In this document: positions 39,601 to 46,500 of the stretch, in pieces | Numbering within the stretch: position 1 is the stretch's first letter | Layout: each line of letters starts with the position of its first letter | Source of the DNA: Veleropilina oligotropha | Taxonomy: Eukaryota | Direction of reading: 5' to 3' | Assembly (NCBI GenBank): GCA_048128005.1 | Contig: JBEUKZ010000050.1 | Location: 1 to 64,000 of the forward strand | Length of the DNA: 64,000 nt | Made by a program: the position numbers and the translations under genes | Notes under the pieces: generated by a model | Database searches by the model: none | Seen by the model: the letters and a program-made list of their open reading frames with translations, nothing else | Told to the model about the DNA's origin: nothing

Positions 39601-40148
39601 ACCGTTGATTGTATATTTATAGTATAGTTCGACCCCCCCTTTCAAATTCCTGGCTACACCCAATATGTATTATATAGGCTATACTTTTCATGATATTTCT
39701 GACGTCATAGTTCCAAATTTTCAGAAAGTCTCAGTTAATGTAAGTGTGCTAAAATACCCATAACGTGCAAAAATATTGTATAGGGGCCTACCTCATCTAC
39801 GAATGCAGAGAGTTGATCTAGAGGCATATAGGCCAAGTCACCATACACAAATGCGGTCTTCAGAACCGTATCTTTGGTGATAGCGTCCCGTCCTTTCTTC
39901 ACAAAGTAGCAAGTCTTTCCTTTTGGATTTTGCGGCCAATCATGTTGAGAATTCAAAACACCGCCAGAGTTTAGTGTAATTACCAGGGCTGGGATCTCTG
40001 GTTTTTCAAAAAAGTCTAAATACATTTGCCTTATTTCATCTGTATTGTACATTTTCATCCATTTGTCTCCTTTCAGTTTCATGTTTTTCAACACATAATC
40101 GGCAATAAATTCGACACGATTGTCGTTAAGTTCTAATTCGCTAGCCAT
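350..40148 (-). CDS. Axonemal dynein heavy chain, outer-arm beta type (DNAH9/DNAH11/DNAH17 family); 3'-partial, 27 exons in window
   Basis: Hand-spliced at GT-AG sites with consistent phases, 5,906 nt. Begins [20 protein letters not shown] and runs through tail, neck and linker to AAA1: Walker [11 protein letters not shown], Walker [10 protein letters not shown], sensor [22 protein letters not shown]. The gene continues beyond position 1. No single vertebrate paralogue can be assigned. Confidence 0.96.
1013..1169 (-). CDS. Dynein HC exon 26 (AAA1 P-loop; not in ORF track)
   Basis: [52 protein letters not shown], 157 nt. Confidence 0.95.
1141..1797 (-). repeat. 52-55 bp tandem array made of the exon 26 splice acceptor plus the first ~29 nt of the exon (12 units)
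   Basis: Minus-strand unit tttgactctggtccctatttc(a/t)g|ATGCTACATCACCCTCACGCAGTCCCTTC. Confidence 0.95.
2136..2428 (-). CDS. Dynein HC exon 25
   Basis: VSQLTALI...[10 protein letters not shown]...[15 protein letters not shown], 293 nt. Confidence 0.95.
2912..3224. mobile_element. Non-autonomous TIR element (CAGGG ends, 7-bp TSD; P-like)
   Basis: CAGGGTTCATA ... TACGAACCCTG flanked by GTAAACA on both sides; internal TTCCAGGA motifs. Confidence 0.75.
4062..4403 (+). mobile_element. tRNA-derived SINE, family A
   Basis: A box TGGTACAGTGG, B box GGTTCAACCCC, central CCTTGGGCAAG...AAATGGGTACCTGG (CORE/Meta-like), (ATT)n tail; near-identical copy at 42748-43099 (-). Confidence 0.85.
4776..5009 (-). 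CDS. Dynein HC exon 24
   Basis: VEVWLNRL...[15 protein letters not shown]...KKQ, 234 nt. Confidence 0.94.
5200..5782. repeat. 37-bp minisatellite with internal hairpin (~15 units)
   Basis: TGTGCTGGACAGGATTGTCTCCTGTCGCTCTGTGTAA; GACAGGA/TCCTGTC stem. Confidence 0.95.
6344..6496 (-). CDS. Dynein HC exon 23
   Basis: [12 protein letters not shown]...CDCSGQ, 153 nt. Confidence 0.94.
6659..6877 (-). CDS. Dynein HC exon 22
   Basis: ELVGEIE...[27 protein letters not shown], 219 nt. Confidence 0.94.
7279..8746. mobile_element. Helentron-associated/DINE-like non-autonomous element with internal ~180-bp tandem repeats, copy 1
   Basis: Subterminal TATGCCCC at both ends, ~180-bp repeats (CACTGCCAGA at 8169/8349/8529), GGAC/ACGT microsatellite, terminal hairpin ATGCCCC...GGGGCAT; second copy at 14426-15640. 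Confidence 0.75.
8825..9049 (-). CDS. Dynein HC exon 21
   Basis: [11 protein letters not shown]...[19 protein letters not shown]...DFK, 225 nt. Confidence 0.94.
9415..9889. repeat. 25-bp minisatellite (~19 units)
   Basis: CATAACTTATGTAATCAC(G/A)AGATAG. Confidence 0.97.
9953..10268. mobile_element. Small TIR element nested in the MITE above
   Basis: CAGGGGAGTCGC ... GCGACGCCCCTG with ATTTA on both flanks. Confidence 0.65.
10478..10686 (+). mobile_element. 5'-truncated SINE, family B
   Basis: Matches the 3' two-thirds of the copy at 23700-24014 (-); TAT tail. Confidence 0.8.
11170..12665 (-). repeat. ~30-bp degenerate array of the exon 20 splice donor, split by a 990-bp insertion
   Basis: Minus-strand unit ...TTGATAA(T/C)CAG|GTGGGTGTTATC; copies at 11170-11594 and 12585-12665. 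Confidence 0.88.
11595..12584. mobile_element. Probable solo LTR
   Basis: TGTTAC...GCAACA termini, flanks TTAC/TAAC (4-bp TSD, one mismatch), inserted in the middle of a repeat unit, non-coding, internal 40-bp triplication at 12218-12340. Confidence 0.65.
12657..12902 (-). CDS. Dynein HC exon 20
   Basis: [11 protein letters not shown]...IVDKAVKE...[12 protein letters not shown] acceptor, donor gtgggt, 246 nt. Confidence 0.9.
14426..15640. mobile_element. Helentron-associated/DINE-like element, copy 2
   Basis: Same termini and ~180-bp internal repeats as 7279-8746, fewer units. Confidence 0.75.
15705..15826. repeat. 24-bp tandem repeat x5
   Basis: CAACCACATGCATACATCACACAT. Confidence 0.95.
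16410..18349 (-). repeat. 62/64-bp tandem array of the exon 19 3' end plus intact splice donor (~30 copies)
   Basis: Minus-strand unit ...GGCAAGAGTTGATGATTGCTACCAAG|GTAAGGGTA(C/T)ACAGCCGAATAGAATCTCA... Confidence 0.97.
18323..18724 (-). CDS. Dynein HC exon 19
   Basis: NHEEILSME...[19 protein letters not shown], first donor gtaagg, 402 nt. Confidence 0.9.
18983..19186 (-). CDS. Dynein HC exon 18
   Basis: [11 protein letters not shown]...VAPLQANEV...ILLDK, 204 nt. Confidence 0.93.
19545..20198 (-). repeat. ~32-bp array containing the exon 17 splice donor
   Basis: Minus-strand unit ATGCAGGGCTATCCTGCCGGCTGCAG|GTGAG; regular core at 19795-20110, degenerate copies on both sides. Confidence 0.88.
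20192..20414 (-). CDS. Dynein HC exon 17
   Basis: LNELADFI...[15 protein letters not shown]...VQLQ, 223 nt. Confidence 0.92.
20392..20515 (-). repeat. ~49-bp duplication of the exon 17 splice acceptor (2 full + 1 partial)
   Basis: TTGATTGTTTCCCTTT(G/C)CTTTTCCAG|CTTGAATG repeated upstream of the real acceptor. Confidence 0.85.
20794..20963 (-). CDS. Dynein HC exon 16
   Basis: [10 protein letters not shown]...[15 protein letters not shown], 170 nt. Confidence 0.93.
21551..21805 (-). CDS. Dynein HC exon 15
   Basis: PDLEDMEDL...YAYLWVDDR...[10 protein letters not shown], 255 nt. Confidence 0.93.
22445..22777 (-). CDS. Dynein HC exon 14
   Basis: [30 protein letters not shown]...EHYQ, 333 nt. 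Confidence 0.93.
23142..23386 (-). CDS. Dynein HC exon 13
   Basis: [12 protein letters not shown]...PLFERKE...IHALLQ, 245 nt. Confidence 0.93.
23700..24014 (-). mobile_element. tRNA-derived SINE, family B, full length
   Basis: Head GCCGTCGTGGCTCAGTGG...GTTCGCCCC, central CTTGGGCAAGG...AATGGGTACCTGG, TA tail. Confidence 0.85.
24047..25058. mobile_element. Non-autonomous element with internal ~155/315-bp tandem subunits (Helentron/DINE-like layout)
   Basis: Repeated GTCAAAGGTCACAACGGCAAG (24294, 24609) and AGCCGAGATAT blocks; ends approximate. Confidence 0.5.
25110..25365 (-). CDS. Dynein HC exon 12
   Basis: [11 protein letters not shown]...SLDWNND, 256 nt. Confidence 0.93.
25430..25660 (-). 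mobile_element. tRNA-derived SINE, family C
   Basis: B box GGTTCGAGGCC; body TCGGTCAGATCAGAG...GTCGTAAAACAATGTTGCCAACC shared with 49549-49775 (+). Confidence 0.75.
25754..25880 (-). CDS. Dynein HC exon 11 (not in ORF track)
   Basis: [26 protein letters not shown]...VNFDPQ, 127 nt. Confidence 0.92.
26118..26186 (-). CDS. Dynein HC exon 10 (not in ORF track)
   Basis: [22 protein letters not shown], 69 nt, phase 2/2. Confidence 0.9.
26530..26795 (-). CDS. Dynein HC exon 9
   Basis: [11 protein letters not shown]...[14 protein letters not shown]...EH, 266 nt. Confidence 0.93.
26964..28188. repeat. 34-bp minisatellite (~36 units)
   Basis: GATACTATAATGAATACCACATGTACTTCTACAT. Confidence 0.97.
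28326..28442 (-). CDS. Dynein HC exon 8 (not in ORF track)
   Basis: [39 protein letters not shown], 117 nt. Confidence 0.92.
28530..29228 (-). repeat. 56-62 bp array of the exon 7 3' end plus splice donor (~10 extra copies)
   Basis: Minus-strand unit ...GTCCTA(C/T)GACAGCCTCGACCCAACCATTC(A/T)G|GTCAGT; real donor is GTGAGT. Confidence 0.93.
29176..29343 (-). CDS. Dynein HC exon 7
   Basis: [22 protein letters not shown]...[10 protein letters not shown], donor gtgagt, 168 nt. Confidence 0.9.
29691..30500. mobile_element. hAT-like non-autonomous element
   Basis: TAGTGATG...CATCACTA termini, subterminal ATCGA repeats, internal ~118-bp duplication; TSD degenerate. Confidence 0.55.
30623..30853 (-). 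CDS. Dynein HC exon 6
   Basis: [17 protein letters not shown]...[15 protein letters not shown]...VK, 231 nt. Confidence 0.92.
31367..31578 (-). CDS. Dynein HC exon 5
   Basis: [15 protein letters not shown]...[12 protein letters not shown], 212 nt. Confidence 0.93.
31673..32531. mobile_element. MITE with 18-bp TIRs and 3-bp TSD
   Basis: GGGCCGTATTCAGAAACG ... CGTTTCTGAATACGGTCC, TAT on both flanks. Confidence 0.75.
32600..35582. repeat. 31-bp minisatellite (~96 units, 3 kb)
   Basis: GAAAACGGCTGCATGTGCTCTAGTCTATATT. Confidence 0.97.
35662..36110. mobile_element. DINE/Helentron-like short element
   Basis: TGTCTTGACCTTT...AAGGACAAGACA hairpin, (TA)n microsatellite, distal inverted copy AAAGGTCAAGACA, ends TTCTTGTT. 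Confidence 0.55.
36741..36840 (-). CDS. Dynein HC exon 4 (not in ORF track)
   Basis: [33 protein letters not shown], cag/gtactt, 100 nt. Confidence 0.92.
37319..37508 (-). CDS. Dynein HC exon 3
   Basis: [19 protein letters not shown]...NLECIYEQ, 190 nt. Confidence 0.92.
37989..38179 (-). CDS. Dynein HC exon 2
   Basis: VLVPLLSN...[12 protein letters not shown], ag/gtgagt, 191 nt. Confidence 0.92.
38928..39559. mobile_element. MITE with perfect 20-bp TIRs containing a nested fold-back element
   Basis: TGTGGTATTAAAATGACCCT / AGGGTCATTTTAATACCACA; inner ~95-bp inverted arms at about 38985-39079 and 39327-39418. Confidence 0.75.
39792..40148 (-). CDS. Dynein HC exon 1
   Basis: ATG at 40148, MASELEL...SAFVDE, donor gtaggc, 357 nt. 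Confidence 0.88.
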
Positions 40149-40539
40149 TTTGAAAGCTCTCCGTTGACGCCAACAAATATGATAAAATTCAAACACTCAA
40201 GTTAGACTAAACCTTGTTACTGATCCCTCCAGCTCATTGGTATTTCTTGTTACTGCCAGGACCTCGATATTTAGTTTGTTGTAGATCCTGCAGGTATTTC
40301 AGACTGTGCGTCTGCTGCAGATTTCTTATCGATCAATATGGCGTCCCAAACAGCGTTGCTAAGCGTAACGTAGCAACGAGCTGGCGCCACTTTCTTCGTC
40401 GATTTCCGACTTCTTTCGGCATTGCACTCGGTCAATCGTGCAATCGAAACGAAGCGAGCTCTCTGGTGATTTCGTTATGTTGTTTTCGGATTAATTTGAT
40501 AATCCGTTGTTTACACCATAGACTGGAGTTCAATGGAGA
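40149..40539. promoter_or_regulatory. Putative bidirectional promoter/5'UTRs with RFX X-box-like motif
   Basis: 391 bp between divergent ATGs, CpG-rich relative to the introns. GTTGCTA (40355-61) and TAGCAAC (40371-77) are inverted X-box-like half sites; YY1-like AATATGGCG at about 40335. Confidence 0.6.
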
Positions 40540-40595
40540 ATGGGTCAATGTTTTCGACTTTTCAAGCGAATTGGACGCGTATTAGTTTATAGCCG
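40540..40595 (+). CDS. PGS1: PGS1 exon 1 (predicted mitochondrial presequence)
   Basis: MGQCFRLFKRIGRVLVYS(R): basic with no acidic residues. In-frame TAG upstream at 40519, donor gtaata, phase 2 matches exon 2. Confidence 0.7.
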
Positions 40596-43500
40596 GTAAT
40601 ACAAATTACACTTAATGTATAATGTATAGACCATTTTAACTTTATTATTATATGGCTGTGTATGGACTGATGGATATTTGTAATTTAAAAACTGTACTTT
40701 AATCTTCTTCTTCTGTAAAAAGCAGAACAGTCCGCCGTAACTTTATATTGGGGTATTGCGTTCTTACGATGTGACGCTAACATAGGCACAGAGGGACAGA
40801 CGTACAGTGAATTAAAAAATGGAAAAAAAAAAATGTATATTGCTCCTGAAGCTGTCTGTAGATGGTAATGCAGCCAGTGAATTTGGGATCACATTTCACA
40901 GTCTTATGGTTGTTGGGGGAAAAGATGACATGTGGGCACCAATCCTAGAGAAGGGAACCATAAAACGGTGTTGGTAATCTGGTAGACACCCCAACAGAGT
41001 GAAGCTTGTGTCATTGGAATTGCGACTTCTTCAGGCAAGATCTTAAACATCATGGTCAACCTCGTCTACTCTACACATCTACTCTCCAGTGTTGGTAGGC
41101 TATGTTTGGACAACATGGCGATTTGACTGCTCATGTGTTTATAGTCCAAAAAGATGAAGCGCGCTGCAATGTTGTACAGCTTCAAGCTTGGTCTTGTTAG
41201 CTTGTGTGTGAGGATTCCATACTGTCACTGCAGACTCAATAGTTGGCGTCACAATTGTAACGTATGCCTGTTTCTTGATGTTTGGCAGGCAGCTGCCTAA
41301 GTTTTGTCATAGAAAGCCTATGGTGGAGTTTGCTTTCTTGGTAGTGGTGTGGATGTGGCTGTTTCAGCTTAGGGTCTTGTTGATATTGACACCTAGATAC
41401 TTGGCATCCTTAACAGTCTTCATGCAGGGATTCACCATGGATTGTGTACTGGTGATGATCCGGAGACGTTTGGTTGGTTACATGCAGAACTTCGCATTTA
41501 GATGGGTTAAACGTCATCAACCAATCATCTTGCCACTGCTGGAGTGCATCAAGGTCTCTTGGTAGGATATCGCAATCAGCTGGAGACTTCACCTGACGAT
41601 CGAGTAAGCAGCCATCTGCAAATAGGCGTGCTTGAGACGATACAGATTCTGGCATGTTGTTGATGTACAGTATATAAAAACAAGACAGGCCCTAACACCG
41701 TGCCTTGGGGTACACCAGAGGTGACATCAGCCTTATCAGAATCCTCACCATCAAGGAAGACTCGCTGAGTCCTGTCGGACAAGAAATCACTTACCCAGGA
41801 AGTTACACTGTTATCTAGTCCGTAGTGAGCCATCGTGCAGAATGTTATTTGACATAGAATAACAAATTGTCAACGACGTAACAAGTTGTCAATGTGCGTA
41901 TAACACTGTATATTCCATTCATATAGTCGATATGATTTATTCGATTAGTTTAACAACCACATATACCAAGAGATAATCGGTGAAACCACTAGACAAACGA
42001 AACTACCCAAATATATATGAGTTTCAAGTGCCTCTGAACTATTATATCTAGTTGTATTGACTACACTGATTTTGCATGATTGGGTTTAAGACAGGTACGG
42101 TGCATAGTAAATGGTCACAGTAGTCCATAACTACTGTGCTATGTCTCCAATTATTGTTCTCAAACAATTACATTTTGGCCTTTATCATATCATGTTTCAT
42201 AAAATTAATATCATATAATAAATATCTTTCTCATATTTTAAGGTGTTGTTTAGCAATCAATGGCGCAGATCACCGGCAGCCCGCATTAGAGGCCCCAGCA
42301 AGGCGCCATCATTCTAACCATGTCGCTCAACACTCCTTCTCCTGGATTGGCAAGACAGCGCCATGTTTTGGGGTATCTGGAGAGCAGGTTATCGTGTACA
42401 CGGAACCCAACGAATTTTATGAAGCCTTGAAGGTGAGCTTCTTTAATGATAACGAGATTTTACATGTTATATAGCATCAAATAACAACATGTAACACGTA
42501 AGCAATGCAAGGCTGAACGGAAAAATTTGGCATACATGAACATGACTTCTTCACTGAATTTGTTTTGAATTAATTTTACATGGAAAATTTGGTTTGGATC
42601 AATGCTAAATGTCCGTGTCATATCAGGACATGTCCATATTATCGCAGGAGGAAAGCCCGGCCGCTCAGGAAAACCTCCCCAAACCGACCAGTTACAGACC
42701 ACTATTACTGCTGATTCTGAAAAGTTTCCAGCCGAGGTTATGAACCTACTATTAATAATATTAATAATGTGAAGATTTATCTGCGCTTTCCCACACATAC
42801 GACATGCGTGCTCAAAACGCTTCATTATTATTCCCTGGTTATTGGCCTGTTCATTCAATATTCCTTCTCAACTCTCTCTGAGAGTATTACGGCCAGTACA
42901 TGCCTGTTATGCGCTTGACCAGTCATTCTGACATATTCTGCCACTGCCAACCAGGTACCCATTTAGATCTCGGATCGGCTGGGTGAACCGAGGCAATATA
43001 TGCTTAATTCCTTGCCCAAGGGAAGTCGCCGGGATCGGGGTTGAACCCCAAACCTCTCGAGCGAGAGGCCAGTGCATCTACCACTGTACCACAGCTGCTA
43101 TAATAAGCAGAGCAGCTAGGCAATTGAATTCGAAGCCACAATCGTATCCACTAAACTGTATGTACTTCATCGCATTGTATGTACTTCAAGATGACAAGTA
43201 AGAGGGCTTCCGAGGATATTCCGTGTCTCCTCCAACGACATGTGTTTCAATTTGATCCATCACCATATTATATATATATTATAATTTAAATGGAACAAAG
43301 TCAAATTCATGTTCACTCAAATAAAGTGACCATGTGTTAAATAGACTATTGCCCTTAAATGCACTTTTTTTTCTTTGTAAAGAAAACTAACTGCATTACA
43401 CTTTTTGTTTATAGCATAAAAAGTTAGGAATTTTCAACGCTTCACTTTCGTTAGTTGTTTGTTACCTTTTAAATAAATTGCTAATGAATATTTAAAAATA

Positions 43501-46500
43501 ATTAAAAGCTCACAGAGTGACATTTCCATTTGACGTAGTTGAGATAAAGTTACGAAGGTTTCTGCTCGTCAAGTAAGATAACTTTCTCATCGACAATAAT
43601 ATATATTGCCCAGTTACAATAATAATTTCAATAAAAATCTATCATTTGATCATATATCGATCATATCTTCGCGAAATTTGTATCAATCTGTGCGAAACAT
43701 GTGTCCGATTCATTTGATACGATAGAGGCTGTTCAGTCATGCTACACATTCACGAAAAATACGGGCAATAGTCACTTTAATAGATTCTTTTCACTGTAAC
43801 TGGTGACCATAGCAGTAGTCGAATTATACAGTGTAATATTTTTCAGTAGTTTTCAAGTTGAAAGATGCAGTTGAATGATAGTAATATACTAATAATATTG
43901 ACATTTATATTAATTGATACTTAATTGAATTTAGCAGATGTGATGGAAAAATTGTCATAATGTGGTCGTAAAACCAAAATTTGAAATGGATTCACATCAT
44001 TTAACTTAGCAATTTCTTTCAGTTGGGCGCTAAAACTTCCAAGAGGAGAATTGTGTTGGCTTCGTTGTATCTTGGAACCGGGCAACTGGAACATGACTTG
44101 GTAAGGTGATTCCAAATTAACATGAATAGGATGAGATGTTACAGTAACTAAACATGTCCATGGTTTAGCTTTCATCCGAATGGGTATACAGATAATGTTA
44201 CACATAGAAAATGTGAACAGTTGTGTATCATTCCATGTGTCCACTGTAATGCCCTCAATATGTTACGGGATGTGTTTCCCACTTGAATCAAGATTCTAAA
44301 CCTGAAACATTTTACAAATTGAATTTTATATAATTTAATATTGATTCTTTGGTTCAAATAAAAATATGATAGTTTGCGAGATAATGTTTACGACACCTAA
44401 TAACTTGAATACTTTCATCTAACAACTTATTGCCTTTGATGCACACTGTTCTGCCAGCAACTAATGAAGACACTTTTAAACTGTAGGTATTGCCATTTCT
44501 AAATAGTGGTTTTGACAGTGCTTAAATATTTCAGGTAAAGTGTGTCGAAGAAGCATGCCATTTGTCGCATTTATCCCAAAATGGCTCCTGCGACCTGGAG
44601 GTCACTGTGCTACTGGACTATACTCGGGGATCAAGAGGAGCGAATAACTCGCGGACAATGCTACTGCCATTGATTAACAAATTTCCAAATCATGTCCATG
44701 TTTCATTATATCACACACCAGACTTGAGAGGAATTTTAAAGAAATTTGTTCCAGATCGCTTCAACGAAACCATAGGCTTAACCCACCTCAAAGTTTATTC
44801 GTTTGACGATAGTGTTATAGTAAGTGGGTAAGTGTATTTCTTGCTGCTAGTATTACTAGTTCATTGAGTTAAATGTTATATGTCATTGAGGCATTTGGTT
44901 TGAAAATTTAATAGACTTGATTCCAATGAGCAAGTTTTATGACACTGGAGTGCAAAATATGTTTCATTCAAATTCGGTTACCCAGAGATTTTCTACATGA
45001 TCCCAGCTTCTTCCAGTGAAAACAGCGTCAATTCATTTCAAGATAATTAATGAGATGACAACTCTAAAAGTTCCAACGTAATTATTAATCCATCTATCCA
45101 TTTTAATGTGGAGAAATTCTTGGATCCCTTGCAGAAGATATTGTGCTTCCTAGTGACCCTCACCATTCCACTGCTGGGATAGCTGAATACAAGTCTGATT
45201 TCTCACTGCAGAGATGTACATGTGGTGAAAAGACGGATAAATATAAATTATGCCTCCATCTGAGAACAGATTTTTCGAACCGGAACTGTCAGATAATGAT
45301 CATGCATATAAGGAATGTATTTTATCAAGGCAGCCGAATCTTAATTAAAATACATTCATAACCTTTAGGTTCAAACTAGGACATGTTCATAATATCGTGG
45401 GAGAGAAACCCACTCCTCTGGCCAGTTACGGACATCTGTGATTGATAACTGAACAAAGAATTCCATTGCTGCAACCGAGGTCCGAATGCAGTCCTGTTAG
45501 TCAGAGCAGTCGAGTCATGGATTACAGAGTCGGCACTCGAGACCACAGTGATACGAGAGCCGCCTCTGTTTCAAGCTGAAATCTTCCACCATTTGCATAA
45601 TATGTGTGTTATTATCTGTGTACAACACTATCTTTTCAGTGCTAATTTGAGCAACGATTATTTCACAAATCGACAGGACCGATATGTTATGGTGAAGGAC
45701 TGTCCAGAAATGGCCGATTTCTTTACGTCATTTGTGAAGGCTGTGGCCTCGTTTTCATTTCAACTCGATGGCGATAACAACGTCAGCATTAGTGACCAGT
45801 TCAATATACATCCGTTTGAAGGTAAGTAATATTAAATTAAGTTAAAAGATATTAACTGATGATTTATGTTCTGTGTCTGACAAATTACAGACTTTAACTA
45901 TGTACATGTCACCCATTTCAATACGAACCATAATAAGTGGCCCGTAATAAGTGTCTCAGTATTCAATAACTCCACATATTAGAGCCCATAATAAGTGACT
46001 CAGTATTCAATAACTCCATAGATTAGAGCCCATAATAATGGTCTCCATATTCAATAACTCCACAGATTAGAGCCCATAATAAGGACTCGGTATTCAATAA
46101 CTCCACAGATTAGAGCCCATAATACTAGTAAGTGTCTCAGTATTCAATAACTCCACAGATTAGAGCCCATAATAAGTGTCTCAGTATTCAATAACTCCAC
46201 AGATTAGAGCCCATAATAAGTGTTTCAGTATTCAATAACTCCACAGATTAGAGCCCATAATAAGTGTCTCAGTATTCAATAACTCCACAGATTAGAGCCG
46301 ATGTCTCAGTATTCATTAACTCCACAGATTAGAGCCCATAATAAGTGTCTCAGTATTCAATAACGCCACAGATTAGAGCCCATAATAATTGTCTCAGTAT
46401 TCAATAACTCCACAGATTAGAGCCCATAATAAGTGTCTCAGTATTCAATAACGCCATAGATTAGAGCCCATAATATAAGTGTCTCAGTATTCGATAACTC

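Noticed and set aside
350..40148. Dynein pseudogenisation suggested by heavy repeat load
   Set aside because: All 27 exons join in frame with canonical GT-AG sites and no stops.
40214..40585. 123-aa ORF between the two genes, and the ATG at 40338 as PGS1 start
   Set aside because: The ORF starts at TTG, has no recognisable homology and overlaps the promoter and PGS1 exon 1 in another frame. The 40338 ATG hits a stop after 11 codons.
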